A stretch of DNA of 64,000 nucleotides, from positions 89,776,001 through 89,840,000 of the forward strand of contig OZ024747.1 of NCBI GenBank assembly GCA_964016885.1. The letters run 5' to 3'. A program made the position numbers and the translations under genes. The first letter of the stretch is position 1, and each line of letters opens with the position of its first letter. Below the pieces are notes generated by a model that saw nothing but the letters and a program-made list of their open reading frames with translations, searched no databases and was not told where the DNA came from. This document shows positions 1 through 13,010 of this stretch, piece after piece. The stretch is from Eledone cirrhosa. Lineage: Eukaryota.

Positions 1-296
1 ATTTCATTATTTGATTTGATATTTTACTCCCACTAGCTAGACGTGAATTAGAAAAATTAAAAATTAACACAGACTTAATGAATTAATTTATTATATTCAT
101 CACAAATTAAAGGTATTTTTCTAGGCAATTTATTTTGTAACTTGGAAACCAACCAAAATCGAAGGCCTGTTTAAGAAAATTTTTCCTCAAATAACCATTG
201 TTTACAATGTTTTATTTGTTAACAATTTTTAAACTGTTTTTAAACTGTTAAAATATTTACAGATATCTTTGAAACGAATCTCTGGTTTAATTTCTT

Positions 297-341
<45 letters not shown>

Positions 342-707
342 GAGGTTATATTTAATTTAAAAAATTTTATAACTGATATAAAGCACTCAACAGTTTGTGG
401 AGTAAATATACAATATATTAATAAATGGAAACTATATTTATATATATAAATATGGTTTTATAAATATAGTTTCCATTTATTAATATATTGTATATATATA
501 TATATAACATTTTAGAATGTTTAATAAGCTAGCATTGGATATATTTACTACTATTTTACTATTATATTTGTTGATTTCTATTTTAATAATAATAATAATA
601 ATAATAATGAAATTATTTTGTTTAAAATGAATGAAAATACAATTTTCTGACCTGAGATACATAATTACAATTCAAAGAATTTTTTTTCCCACTTTTGTTT
701 TTCTTAG

Positions 708-887
708 ATGAATTTTTGGAGAATAAAGCCGACAGTCAAGTGCCTTCAAATCACAAACGGTCTGAGTCAAATGCAACCACAGTTTCAGAAAACAGTTTTC
801 GAAGACAGTTCCTTCATCGAAACAAAAAAGTCGTCTTACGTAAAGATAGTCAAACTGAATACCAAAGGTTCTCTGCTAAATTCTTAG
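708..887 (+). CDS. PDZ-PH protein, internal exon A (region before the PDZ domain)
   Basis: Acceptor ttttgtttttcttAG at 706-707, donor GTGAGT at 888. 180 nt, phase 1-1, reads (D)EFLENKADSQ...RNKKVVLRKDSQTEYQRFSAKFL and joins exon B in frame. No domain motif, so the link to the gene is inferred from phase and splice sites. Confidence 0.75.
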   Translation: MNFWRIKPTVKCLQITNGLSQMQPQFQKTVFEDSSFIETKKSSYVKIVKLNTKGSLLNS

Positions 888-1533
888 GTGAGTGAAGCTT
901 TGAAATTATTTTTCTTTTTGGCAGTAACTGTAAAGCATCGGACAACATGCTATAGCATAGGGTCACACCCCTTTACGATCTGAGTTCAAATCGTGCTGAA
1001 GTTATCTTTGCCTTTCATCCTTACAGTGTTGATAAAATAAAGTACCAGTAATGTACTGGGGTCGATTCAATCGACTTTCTCTTTCCCCAAAAATTGTTGG
1101 CCTTGTGCCTAAATCAGGAACCATTATTGTCGCTGAGGTTAGTTTTGCCTTTCAGCCATACAGGGTCGATAAAATAAAGTAGTACCAGTAATGCACTGAA
1201 ACCAATATTTTGTGCTAGAGAAACTAGAAGTTTGATTTTCCTCTGATGCTTTTTCTTTTTCAAAGAGATTTCCCACAAAGTTAAGACATATATATTCATT
1301 TACTTATACTCTTCTTTATTATAACATTATTTTTATTCTTCATTTTGCTGATAGGCCTAAAACTATTATGTCAAGTGAGTATAGTCCTCAATAAATAAAC
1401 ATTTAAGTTGTGTTGTCATCAAACACTTTAAATGTAGCCCTTTTGTAACACCAGTGATGTGTTTGTTAATATTTCTTGTTTTTGTTTTTGTTTTGTTTTG
1501 TTTTTACTGTATGTATTTTGTTTCTCTCATAAT

Positions 1534-1720
1534 TAGAATTTTTCTTGCTGAATTCTAGAACTTTCTCTCCCTATTTACTACAATATTACTGAATATTTAG
1601 ATGTTAAATTTTCCTGCTTAACTCTATATTTTTTCTCTCCCTATTTACTAAATTTTGACTATTTAGATGTGAAATTTTTCTGCTTAATTCTAGAATTTAC
1701 TCTTCCTATTTACTACAAAA
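1534..1720. repeat. Short diverged tandem repeat (~65-70 bp, three units)
   Basis: ctct(c/t)cctatttacta and tatttagatgt..aatttt..tgct recur at a regular spacing. Confidence 0.7.
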
Positions 1721-2057
1721 ATCAAAAAAATCATAAACAAATCGATTTCAAATAACAACACTACAGATATTTAAAAACAAAAAATGGGAAAGAGGGAATG
1801 ATGGGCACTAGGCCTAGGGTGTGGCAGTGTTGGGGCTGCGATTATTTAGATGTCCCTAGCCCAGTCACTCTCCTCACTCTCTCTGTCAGATACCGATTCC
1901 ATCACTTAGTTCTAATATCGTTATGCTTGTAATTAATATTGATTAAATTCTCTAGCTAATTTCATTTTGTCTCTCTGATAATTTTCATCAAATTATTAAA
2001 TACTAGTTATATAAATAAACAGTTCAAAATAAAATTAAAACAACTCCTCTTTTATAA

Positions 2058-2092
<35 letters not shown>

Positions 2093-2973
2093 GTGATATA
2101 CATTTAAATTTTTTAAATGTTTTCCTAATCTTAATATTTCATACATTGTGTTTTTATTTCATTTATATTTGTTTATCTAATTAACTAGAAAGTTTTTATT
2201 CTTGTTCAATATAATCTCACAAATAATTTTTTTTATTATAATATATTTAAATGTTTATATAACATGTCACAAAATAAACATAAATTTGTCTATGTCTAGC
2301 TGGCTATACAGGTGTCAACACAGATATCATAAACTAGTGTCTTCAGTGTGTCTATTTCTCTCTCTCTCTCACATATATTCGTACATACATACATAAATGC
2401 ATACATACATACACACACATACACACACATACATACATACAAGATGTATTGTTTCTACAAAGCTGTTATTGTGGGGTTAGTCTGTTAACCCTTTTTATAC
2501 CAAACCACCTGAAACTGCCCCTGGTTCTACAAAACAGTTTTCTACAAAACAGTTTTAAAAGGTTCATATCTGTCTAAAAACCTTCCATCATGATTTTATG
2601 TAAGAATCTTTGTTATGTTATGTTCCAAATGTCAGCTTAATAATGAGAAATTTAATTTATATTTCTCAATTACTGGGTTTGTGTTTTCAAAATTATTTGA
2701 GGTAATGTTTCATTAGAAATACAGTAATGAAAGGGTTCAAAGTTGCTCTAAAGAGTTAGAGATACACAATTTACCCATTAACCATTTTGTTACTAACATA
2801 TCCAAAATCATTTCCAGTTTAAACCATCCATTTTAAAGGGTTCCAAATTTGAATTACAATCCTCTAATAAAATTTTATATAAGAACCATATATTAAGTTA
2901 CTATTTTAGTAAGGAAATAATAATTTTAGTAAATCCCTCAAAATTCTTCATTAATTAATTGAATGAGAGTGTA

Positions 2974-3308
2974 AAGGGTAAAAACACCCTTCGGTTATGA
3001 ATGATCATCAGATTTGCACCTAGAAAGTTCCCTTCTGATGCACAAGTTCGGGCAAGGTTATTTGTGGAAGACCAGCAGTCACCCATGCATACCAGTCTCC
3101 CCTCTCCATGCTACCGATGATGTTCAAAGGAAAGGTAAAGGCTGATACAGCTTGGCACCTGTGATGTCACAACTCATTCCTACAGCTGAGTAAACTGGAG
3201 CAACATGAAATAAAGTGTCTTGCTCAAGGACACAGCACATTACCCAGTCCGAGAACTCACAGCCGATTGCAAGCATAATGCTCTAACCATTAAGCCATGT
3301 GCCTTCAC
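2974..3308 (-). mobile_element. tRNA-derived SINE family B (CORE-like) inserted in a MITE
   Basis: On minus: head gtgaaggcacatggcttaatggttagag and CORE-like gtccttgagcaagacactttatttc...ctcagctgtag. TSD tgagagtgta (2964-2973) and tgagggtgta (3309-3318). Confidence 0.8.
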
Positions 3309-3436
3309 TGAGGGTGTATTTCATTAGAAATATGGTCACAAAAGGGTTAATAGAGTACAGAAGAATAAAAGAAGAACCCTTTGCTGCAGGGTTGTCTGCT
3401 TCAGTTATATGTTTGCATTATATTGACCTGGGAGTA

Positions 3437-3596
3437 GCGGTGGATTGGCAGTATCAATAGAGGGTCAGATGCCATGCTTTGCAGCATAGAGTTACGGCCC
3501 TTGATGGTCTTTGCCTTTCATCCTTACGGGGTCGATAAAATAAAGTACCAGTAATGCACTGGGGTAATTGCTGGCTTTGTGCCAAAAGAAGAAACA
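3437..3596 (+). mobile_element. tRNA-derived SINE family A (Meta-like central domain), with TSD
   Basis: Head gcggtggattggcagtatc, core gcctttcatccttacggggtcgataaaataaagtaccag, 20-bp TSD attatattgacctgggagta (3417-3436 and 3597-3616). Other copies at about 920-1200(+), 6452-6580(+), 8882-9050(+), 29843-29932(-), 30270-30472(+), 35885-36092(+), 38523-38711(-), 40228-40425(-), 43436-43545(-), 52254-52431(+), 53462-53670(-), 56645-56855(-), 59400-59599(-) and 63303-63519(-). Confidence 0.85.
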
Positions 3597-4549
3597 ATTA
3601 TATTGACCTGGGAGTATACTGGTAATCAATATGTAAACTGATAGAAATATAGGTACACCCAACAAGAAAATATGTCCAAGTCAGTCATAATAATATGATC
3701 ATAGGTACATCATCAATATCACCATTTTACATCCATTTTTCGACGCTAGCATGATTAAGATGAGTTGTCCTGTTATGGGCAATGCTAGGTCAGGTGAGCA
3801 TATTTTGCACATGCAGAACTGATTTTGACTAGGGTTCTACAGCTGGAAGCTCTTTCTAATACAGACCTCATTTACAGTGAGTACTGGGTACGTTTTGTTG
3901 TGTCACCAACACGACCACTTTACAGTGTGGACTGGGTGCTTTTTCTCGTGATACCTACATGACCACTTTACATTGTAGACTGGGTGCTTTTTGCTATATC
4001 ACCATCATGACCACTTTTCAGTGTGAGCTGATAACATCAGTATAGAAAAATATAAAAAATAAAATTACATTTCTAATGACTTCAGCTTAACTGATTTCTA
4101 AGAAATGAAAAGATATCAAAAATTCCTTAAAAATGATGAGTAAAAAAATCATTAATTCCTAATGTCTTGTATCACATGAAAGCACATTAGCAAGACATTT
4201 TCAAAAAAAGAAAAGCAAAACAGCACTGTAACTACTTTAGGTTAAAAATTTAAGTCTTTACAGTAATATTGCCCATTTTCACAATAATCTCTAAAGATGC
4301 TATGAACCAGTAAAGATGCTACTAACATTTCAATTAACAAACCCATTTTAAAATGTTTTCTACTAAATCATTATAGGATGTTTGAAATTGAATGAATATA
4401 TAATAGAAATAAATTAAAATCAAAAATTAATCTCTAAAGAAAATTAGGTATGGTTGTTGAAGACTAGGTGATGTTGATTCTCGTGAGAAGGTCATAATTC
4501 TTTAGTATATGCTAAAAGGTAAATAGATTTTTGTTAAAACAAATCATCA

Positions 4550-5060
4550 TAATCATAATCATCATTATTTAATGTCCATTTTCCATGCTAGCATGAGTTA
4601 GACGAGTTACTCCGTTGTGAGACTAGCCAGGTTCGATGACCATGTCTTACTCATATAGTACTGGTTTTGGCTTGGTTTCTACTGCTGGATACCGTTTCTA
4701 ACACCAACAGCATTTACTGTATGAGCTGGGTGCTTTTTGTCATGTCATCTTACAATGTGGATTGGGTGCTTTTTGTTATGTCACCTACATGACCACTGTA
4801 CAGTGTGGACTGGATGATTTTGTTGTGTCACCCACACAGTCACTTTACAGTGTGGACTGGGTGCTTTTTGGCATGATACCTACACAACCACTTTACAGTG
4901 TAGGCTGAGTGCTTCTTGTCATGACACCTATATGACCACTTTACAGTGTGGGCTTGGTGCTTTTTGTCGTGACAAATGACCACTTTACAGTGTGGACTGA
5001 GTGTTTTTTATCATGACACCTACACAACCACTTTACTGGGCCCTTTTTGTCATGTCACAT
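4550..5060 (-). mobile_element. RTE 3' UTR fragment with about six diverged ~47-bp internal repeats
   Basis: (CAT)-like tail, ccattttccatgctagcatg, then repeated ttacagtgtggactgggtgcttttt...cctacatgaccac. Similar fragments at about 3715-4030, 30475-30672, 30700-30965, 30982-31140 and 31292-31350. Confidence 0.75.
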
Positions 5061-7787
5061 CTTAGGTGAACATAATACAGTATTTCTTAATATATTGGAA
5101 GTATGAGATACCTTGGTAAAGGAATTCTTCAGAATTCTATTTTTCTTTTAATAGTCAGTAGGAAGACATGTGATTTACTAGATGAGGCATTATCATCATC
5201 AGGTATTATCTGGTCACAGTAAGTTGTGATTGTAAAGTGATCGTTTTAACTAGTTCTTTTTCTTTTCTTCTTCTTTTTCTTCTTTCTTCTTTTCTTTGTT
5301 TTCTTTTCTTCTTTCTTCTTTTCTTTGTTTTCTTTTCTTCTTTTTCTTTTCTTTTTCTTTTCTTTTTCTTTTCGTTTGCCTTTCTCTTTCTCCCCCCCCT
5401 CCTCCTTCTCTCACTTATTTCTGAGAGGGTCATATGGACAGAGCCCTCAAACACTATTTCCAGTGGGCCCTGTCAGAAGCAAACCAGTAATATTGTAGAT
5501 CTTATTCTATATATATATTCAGTTTATTACTTTTCTCCTATAAACATCTAATTAACATTTTCATACAATCAACCATACAAAATTAGTATCCTATTGATTA
5601 TATACAGTTATATTCTATTATTCAGAATCTTTATGTTGTTATGGTTTCCGAAGTTTGTTTTCTTAGAAAATATATTTTTATAAATAATTTTTTTTTTTAG
5701 ATTCTTCATTATAAATTACACTATCTTTTCTTATTAATCTTGTTGCATTTTTGTTATTTCAATGATTTGAATATGTGTTCATCCTTTATCATCTTTCTTA
5801 TCTTTTTACAGTTCCCTATTTTTTCTTCATGTTGTATTGTTCTCTCTTTGGCTAGATTCCACACACACAAAAAAAAATTGCAAATAATTATTTAGTTGGC
5901 AATAAGTAGAATATCCATGTATTAAAACAGTTGTAGTTGGTTACTTTCCCCATGAAAAACTTCGATATTAGAAAAAGTTCACTTTAAAATATTTAGAAAA
6001 TTGAAAATGTGTAAATAAAGAAAGAGATTTTAATATATTCAAATATTTTCTTTTAAATTCTCTTATTTTCATATAAAAATGAACATTTAAATTACAATAT
6101 GCAGTTGTTAGTTTGTATATATAATGCAATACCTATCCTAAAGATTTAAGAAGTTTGTTAAAGCATTAGAATTAATTACTACTCTAATGTAAACAATCCT
6201 CTAATTTGAAATATCAGAAAAATAATGTTCTCCTGTATTTATGCTTTTATCATTAATTGAAAATATGTAGGTAAAAACATATTTAACAGAAAACAATAAA
6301 CCTACACAATTAGTTATTTTTTTTTTTTAATTTTCAATTATTTTTTCTTGTTGAAGTAATTGTAATAATGAAGTAGAATAAAATGGATCTAATTTAAGGA
6401 GCAATTCCTTCTAATTATACCAAATCTTTAACTTTTTTTTTACATCATTATAGGCGGTGAATTGGCAGCGTTGTTAGAATGTCAGATAGAATGCTTTATG
6501 GTATCCATTCCGGCTCTCTACACTCTGAGTTCAAATCCTACCAAGGTCAACTTTGCCTTTCAGTCTAGTACTGGGGTCGATTCTTCCTCTATATCTCTTT
6601 TGCATTTCATCTCTCTCACTTTCTATCTTTCTCTGGAAGAAATCTGCTGCACTCAGGCCCAGAGAGGGATGTGCTACGCCAGGCTTAAAATGCCCATGAA
6701 ACGTTGTATGTCTATACACTGCCCCTATGACTCTATCAGGAGTTATGGGACAATACATACATACAAATGATGGAAACATTTGAAAGCAATGCAGATACTT
6801 CATGTTTGCTGATCAAAAACTCTTGCAAAGAATTAAAGTTTTATATAAAACAAAAAAAACATTACAGTTGAGAATTATTTAATATTTGGTCAAATTACAA
6901 ATTTTCCTTTAAATTATTATCACAAATTTATTTAATTCCTTTTTAAAATCATTAGATGTTCGATATTTATTGGAAATATTGATTTTATTTAACTACCATC
7001 ACTCTATAACAGCACCTAGTAGTAACATTCACACAACCATAATTATTGACAGCCTTATATTTCATTAAATATTCTTTACAAAACCATCATTTACCGTATC
7101 ACTCCCCTTCCATATACTAGTTTTATGTTTTTAGACACCATATTAATATTGCTATCATTTAACTATCCTACATAATAATAATCACTGACAATGATAATTC
7201 TATTTAACTTCAACAGGACAGTGCATATTCTCACTTTACCATCTAAATTATTTGTAATGTCTGCACTGAATACTTCTCTTCAGTTATCACATTTTGTGCA
7301 AGAACAAATAACACCTATCTGCATTTAAAAGCGAACTGAAAATTGAACCATTTGTTGTTGTATTTCTTTCATTCAAATTTGCCTAAATATAACTTATATT
7401 TTCTTTGAGTACATCTAACTGTTATTCTTCGTATTGAATTTCAAAACAAGGAATCAAAATTGAATGTAGTCACTTTGCACAAAAGTAACTTTAGTAAACT
7501 GAATTAATATGTTTTATTAAATTTTGATACAAATTTATCTTTTGAAATACAAATATTTATGAGCTCTTAGTATATTTTTCTCTCACTACCATTACCAAGG
7601 AATCAATTAAAAGAATTTGAGTAATTATTAGGAGGATATTTTCTGAATGTTATCTAGGCATCCACAAAAAAGTTTTTAAAATCGTATATCTTTAATCTGA
7701 TAACTTTTAAGCTTCTTAATGTCTTTAAATTTTATTTAATGCTATTTATTTTAATCCCTTAATCATGGTGCTTCATATTTATTTCAG

Positions 7788-7886
7788 AATGTGAAGAAAC
7801 AGTGCATTTAATAAAAGAATCAGATGAAGAGTTTGGTTTACACATTTTGGATAGTCATCCTACTATTGTCACATTAGTAGATCCAG
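7788..7886 (+). CDS. PDZ-PH protein, exon B (first half of PDZ)
   Basis: Acceptor atttcAG, donor GTAAAA. 99 nt, phase 1-1, reads ECEETVHLIKESDEEFGLHILDSHPTIVTLVDP. FGLHI matches the PDZ carboxylate-binding loop. Too short to appear in the ORF track. Confidence 0.9.
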
Positions 7887-8720
7887 GTAAAATAAATTAT
7901 ACAAAAGTTAAAATAATTTTAAACAAAAATAGAATCAAACACAAATTTTGAAAAGAATAACTCAATTTGAATAAAGTCTTCATATGACTAAACATTACTA
8001 AACAAAACATTTACTATTCATGATCACCAACAACATTATCATTAAATTCTATAATTTTGGTGACCTATCCACTAAATTTCTCTGCCGTATTTTATCTTCT
8101 ATTCACAAATAGATTTACTAGATTCTTCAGTAGCAAATATTTATCAAGTTAAAAATAGAAAATTTTAACTAATCCTGATCATTTTCATGAAACATTCCTG
8201 GAAAAAATACTTTCAATGAAACAAATATTATTCAAAACACTTTAACCCTTTTAATGCCAATCCGCTTAAAACTACCCTTTTCCTGCATTTCAAAAATCAC
8301 AGTTATTTCTATTAACCCTTTTTATACCAAACTATTTGAAACCCCCATTTGGTTTTATGATACAAAACTGTTTATTTTAAACGTTTATATTTATCTAAAC
8401 ACCTTCCATCTTAATTTTATGTAAGAACCTTTGTTACATTATACTGCAAACACCACAATAATAATGAGAAAGTTAATTGTTATTAAATCTCTGTAAATTA
8501 TTAATAGGCAGTGTATTTCATTAGAATTATGATAGGCAGTGTATTTCATTAGAATTATGATAATGTTTACTTTTTAAATTTCATCTCACATAATCAGTTA
8601 GTGTTTGTCCATCCAAATGTTTTAGACTCTTTGTATGTTTCAAGAACATAAAATTCTTTTAGTCTTTGTATGTTATTCCTGATTTGCTTATTTACCAAAA
8701 ACTAATATTTTCTTTATTAG

Positions 8721-8831
8721 GGAGTCCTGCTGAAAAGTCTGGCATAAAAACTGGTCACATTCTAGTATCCATTAATAGTGTCAATGTTTTGGAATCATCA
8801 CTTGAAGAAATAATTAAACTTATACAACAGT
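8721..8831 (+). CDS. PDZ-PH protein, exon C (second half of PDZ)
   Basis: Acceptor tctttattAG, donor GTAAGT. 111 nt, phase 1-1, reads GSPAEKSGIKTGHILVSINSVNVLESSLEEIIKLIQQ, matching the PDZ pattern GSPA.xG.xxGD.I.x.NG. Confidence 0.93.
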
Positions 8832-10887
8832 GTAAGTATTGCTTTATCAATTTTTTATTATTATTATCACATACATGAAGACAGTGGATTGGTAGTATCA
8901 GTAGAGTGCTAGACACCATGCTTTGCAGCATAGAGTTATGGTCCTTTATGTTCTGAGTTCAAATCCTGCCAAGGTAAGCTTTGACTTTCATCCTTACGGG
9001 GTTGATAAAATAAAGTGCCAGTAATGCACTGGAGTCAATTTAATCTATTGATTCTGCTATCAATTCAGTATTCAGTGTACAGAAATACGGGATTGATAGC
9101 AGAATCAATAGATCATTGGACAAGATACCTTGTGGTATTCGCTTACTTGGGTTTATAATCTGAGTGCAAATTTTCTCAAATTACTTTATTTTTCACCCCT
9201 CTAATGCCAATGAAGTAATTACTACTCAATAAAATATATACTAAGATTGATATAATCAACTACACTCTAGAAAGCATTGATCCAGCATGGCCACAGTACA
9301 ATAAGTGAGAGCAATAAAAGACTAATATTTGTTAAAGTAACACCAATATGCAAATTAGCTTATCCACATGAAAGCTAATCAGTATGTATTTATATAAGTT
9401 GTTGTTTCTCAAGATTATGTTGAACCTGAAGACAAAACATGTATTGTTCTGATACCTACAGAATATTTACACGTTTGAAACATATAAATGTTCTTTGGTA
9501 TTTAAAAATATATAAATTGTAAACAATTTTAAATTAGATCTAATAGTTTAAATGTCTTGTATTTCATTACATTATAATATTACAAATTAATTTATAAATA
9601 TGCTATAAAAAAAATTGTGTATCAAATGAAGAATTTAGTGAAGTAATGTAATTATGAGGCTCCTATCAACATATAGAACTATTATCTAAAAGAAGATTCT
9701 TGTCTTACAAATCAGTTGAAATTATTTCAATGCCAGCTCCAATAAAGGGCTTCATCTGAAAAATTAGTTTCTAATTTGTCTTGTGGCGCAACAATATATA
9801 CTTCTTTTCTTTATATTCTTTAATTGAAATAATTTACTTTTTAAAGGTTTTACACCAATTAACTAATTGTAGCAAATCTTGTAATGGTATATAAATTAGA
9901 GAACATTTGAAGGAATTGTTGATATATACATTATAGCTTCAGTAGCTTTGCAATTGTTAATCTTAATCTCACTCATGAATTAAAAGTGATTCATATTTTC
10001 TGTAGAAACGTACCGGGCAAAAATTCATTACTTTAAAACTTCATCATAGTTGACTCTCTTCCATGCCAGTATTTCATACAATTTATGTTATTGATAGTTT
10101 AGTGGTCGCTGCTCCATTAGGTCTTGTACAACACATCCAAAATTAAGTCACTTATTGTCTACTGATGTATTAAAAATATAAATTCTACTTGATTCTTCTC
10201 TAAATGTTTATTCCAAATACTTATGACACCTTTTACACCTTTTCTAAGCTATGATCAACCATAATTTAAAAGTGATTTAAGTAGAGATATAGATACAAGT
10301 AAGTGTCTATGTTTATAAATTTGATTACATGTTTCTCTAAAATGAAATATAAAAGTAGCTGTTAAGTTTATATTACCCCTACAAGTGAGAATATATCCAT
10401 AAATTTATAGGTTTATATGAACATGGGGAACAGTCCAATTACCATCCTGCCCTAGGCACCGAGCCCATCACTCTCTCCCCTTCCCCCTCCCTTCTGTAGC
10501 CCAAGAGTCCTTGCTTTGTCCCTCCTTTTCCTCTCATTTATGGAATTATAGTCCTTTCTTCTACTTTCCCTTACAGCCAGATTTGCCCTTCTTTACACCT
10601 TCCTCTTTTTCTCATTAATTAATTTTGCTTTTATCTTTTTTTTTCTTATTTATGTAATTACCAATGGTTTTTAAGCCAACTTTGTGGATTGATTAACTCG
10701 GTGTTTATCACAAAATAACAAAGTAATCTAAAAATATATTTGTGTTTTATAGCATCTATTCTAAGAAATAAAATTAAGTTGTGTGATATTATGTATAACT
10801 TTGGTCATCTTCAACAGAGTTAGCAGTGTTGTATTAACCTTACATAATAACATATCTTTCATTACTAAATTTCTTTGATATTATGAA

Positions 10888-11107
10888 CCCTTTAGCATTT
10901 AAACCGGCCATATCTGGCCAGAATTCTTTCACCTCTTTATGTTCAAACCAGCCATAACTGGCCACTCATACTGATGTTAAAGTATTGTTCTCAAAATAAA
11001 TAATATCAAAATCTCATAGATTTGATAATATATTAGATATTATGTGTGATAAAGCCTTTACTATGAAAATGTAATAGTATATATAGAGTAATGTAAATTC
11101 TAAAGGG
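10888..11107. mobile_element. piggyBac-type MITE, same family as 12800-13010
   Basis: ccctttagcatttaaaccggcc ... taaattctaaaggg|TTAA. Direct copy of 12800-13010; the two flank exon D. Partial copy near 60150-60252. Confidence 0.8.
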
Positions 11108-11208
11108 TTAAAAAAATTGGGAAGGGAAGAATTTCATCTAAAGTATTAGTATGAAAAATGTAATAGTATTTAGTGAAAAGTTATACTATTTTTCTTCTTA
11201 TTCTACAG

Positions 11209-11402
11209 CTGAAAACAAAGTTTCTCTCACTGTTGGTGTAAGTAATGTATGCTACAGCAGAGACCTTGAAGCTCCACTAATGACTGGATACATGCTCAAA
11301 CTAGGAAACAGCCATTTACCACTCCTTAAAAGAGCTTCTTGGAGAAAAAGATGGTTTGTGTTACGAAAGGACAACTGCTTGTATTATTACAAATCAGAAA
11401 AG
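11209..11402 (+). CDS. PDZ-PH protein, exon D (last PDZ strand and first half of PH)
   Basis: Acceptor ttctacAG, donor AAG|GTTTGT. 194 nt, phase 1-0, reads SENKVSLTVGVS...TGYMLKLG...SWRKRWFVLRKDNCLYYYKSEK, the PH strands 1-3 signature. Confidence 0.93.
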
Positions 11403-12799
11403 GTTTGTCACTTTAACATTTAGCTTGAGTAAGATTGAAAATGTATTTGGCTAATCAATTAATCAATTCTATAATTTTCTTTTCAGTATTTTAATTTTAT
11501 TTTTCAATGTTGGCATGATGAGGAGTGTTTTGCAAATTCCTGAATTTGTAAGAGTGTATGGTGTACTTTATCATTTTTAAGAGTAGATGGTATACTTTAA
11601 AATTTGTAAGAGTAGATGGCATACCTTAAAACATGGTATACTTTGATAATGGTAATATTTATTTTCTTCCAGCTAGGCTGAAACATTAGTGTAGTGAATG
11701 GTTGTTTAAACCTATGTCCCATAAAATATATTTCCTTGAAACAAGGCACTCATTTACACCAACATTATATTTCAGTAGTTGACTTAATCATGGATATCAG
11801 ATTTTATAATAAGCAAAATGAAAGTAGCATAAAGTCCATCTTCTAAGTGATTTATTCATTTTGTCAGAAACATTTCTTGCAGCATGGTTCACAAAGTCAA
11901 ATCGAATTTAGCAAATCCATTATTACTGAACTCTCCAAAGACAGTGAATAAATTTAGCAAACCCATTAATACAAAGTCACTCATGAAAATTTATTAACAT
12001 AGAAACATCCACTATTGCCAAGCCTTTCAGAGAAATCACTTAAACATTAAGAAAGAACTATCCTGTGTTTCAAATAAAGTAAATTGGACCCTTTGAATAG
12101 AATATTACCAAATGGTTGAAACCTTTCAGACGGTATTACTTGCCAGTAAACAACACTTGTAGAAACCATAGCATCTCAAGTGTTTCATTTTCCTTCTCAG
12201 TTTCACAAAAGAAAATAGAACACTTCTAGATTTTTATTATTTCAACTGTTACTGGACTGTTTAACTCAACATAAAATTACAAAGTATTTAAATTTATTGT
12301 TGCAGTTTTAGATGCTTTTTTTACATTCAATTGAAATACTAAGGTCCTGTAGTAGCAATGCCACAAAAGCAAATCTAAATTTAAAATATCTATTAACATA
12401 CTCTCTTTGAAAATAATAACAAAAGAACATTTAAAAAAAAAAGGAATGCAAAGCCTTGCTTGTTGCTACAACTCCAGTAAGTAATGTAGAGAGTAAAAAT
12501 ATAAGTTTCAGTTAGAGGATTTGTAGGTTTAGCTGTCCATCTGTCAGAAGCTAGTAGACAAACAGTCAGAATTCACTCAGCAAGAACAAACCAGTTAGGA
12601 TTCATCCTACCAGTAGTTTCATTATGGCTACAGTTACTCCATTTATTCTAACAATTCAATATCCAACAATATTAATGTTGCTCAACTACTGATGTCTGTC
12701 CTAGGTCTACAAATTACATTTTGGGGAGATCAAACTGTATATGACTTGTTCACTTCAGGCAGTTGTGTGTTTTTCTTTCAAGCACATTTGTTTTATTAA

Positions 12800-13010
12800 C
12801 CTTTTAGCATTTAAACCGGCTGTATCTGGCCAGAATTCTCTTTCTGTTCAAACCAACTGTAACCAGTCGCTCATACTGATGTTAAGGTCTTGTTCTCAAA
12901 ATAGATATCAAAATCTCAAAGATTCAATATTATGTGAGATAATTTTGTGAGATAAAGACTTTACCATGAAAATAAAATAGTAAATATAGAGTAATATAAA
13001 TGCTAAAGGG
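12800..13010. mobile_element. piggyBac-type MITE
   Basis: TTAA|ccttttagcattta ... taaatgctaaaggg|TTAA. Confidence 0.85.

Noticed and set aside
920-1120. tRNA-like A and B boxes
   Set aside because: They are SINE heads present in many copies; no cloverleaf could be built, so no tRNA gene is called.
5206-5551. Lys/Arg-rich and Phe-rich ORFs (also poly-Leu and poly-Arg at 52293-52730)
   Set aside because: Translations of pyrimidine-rich LINE tails.
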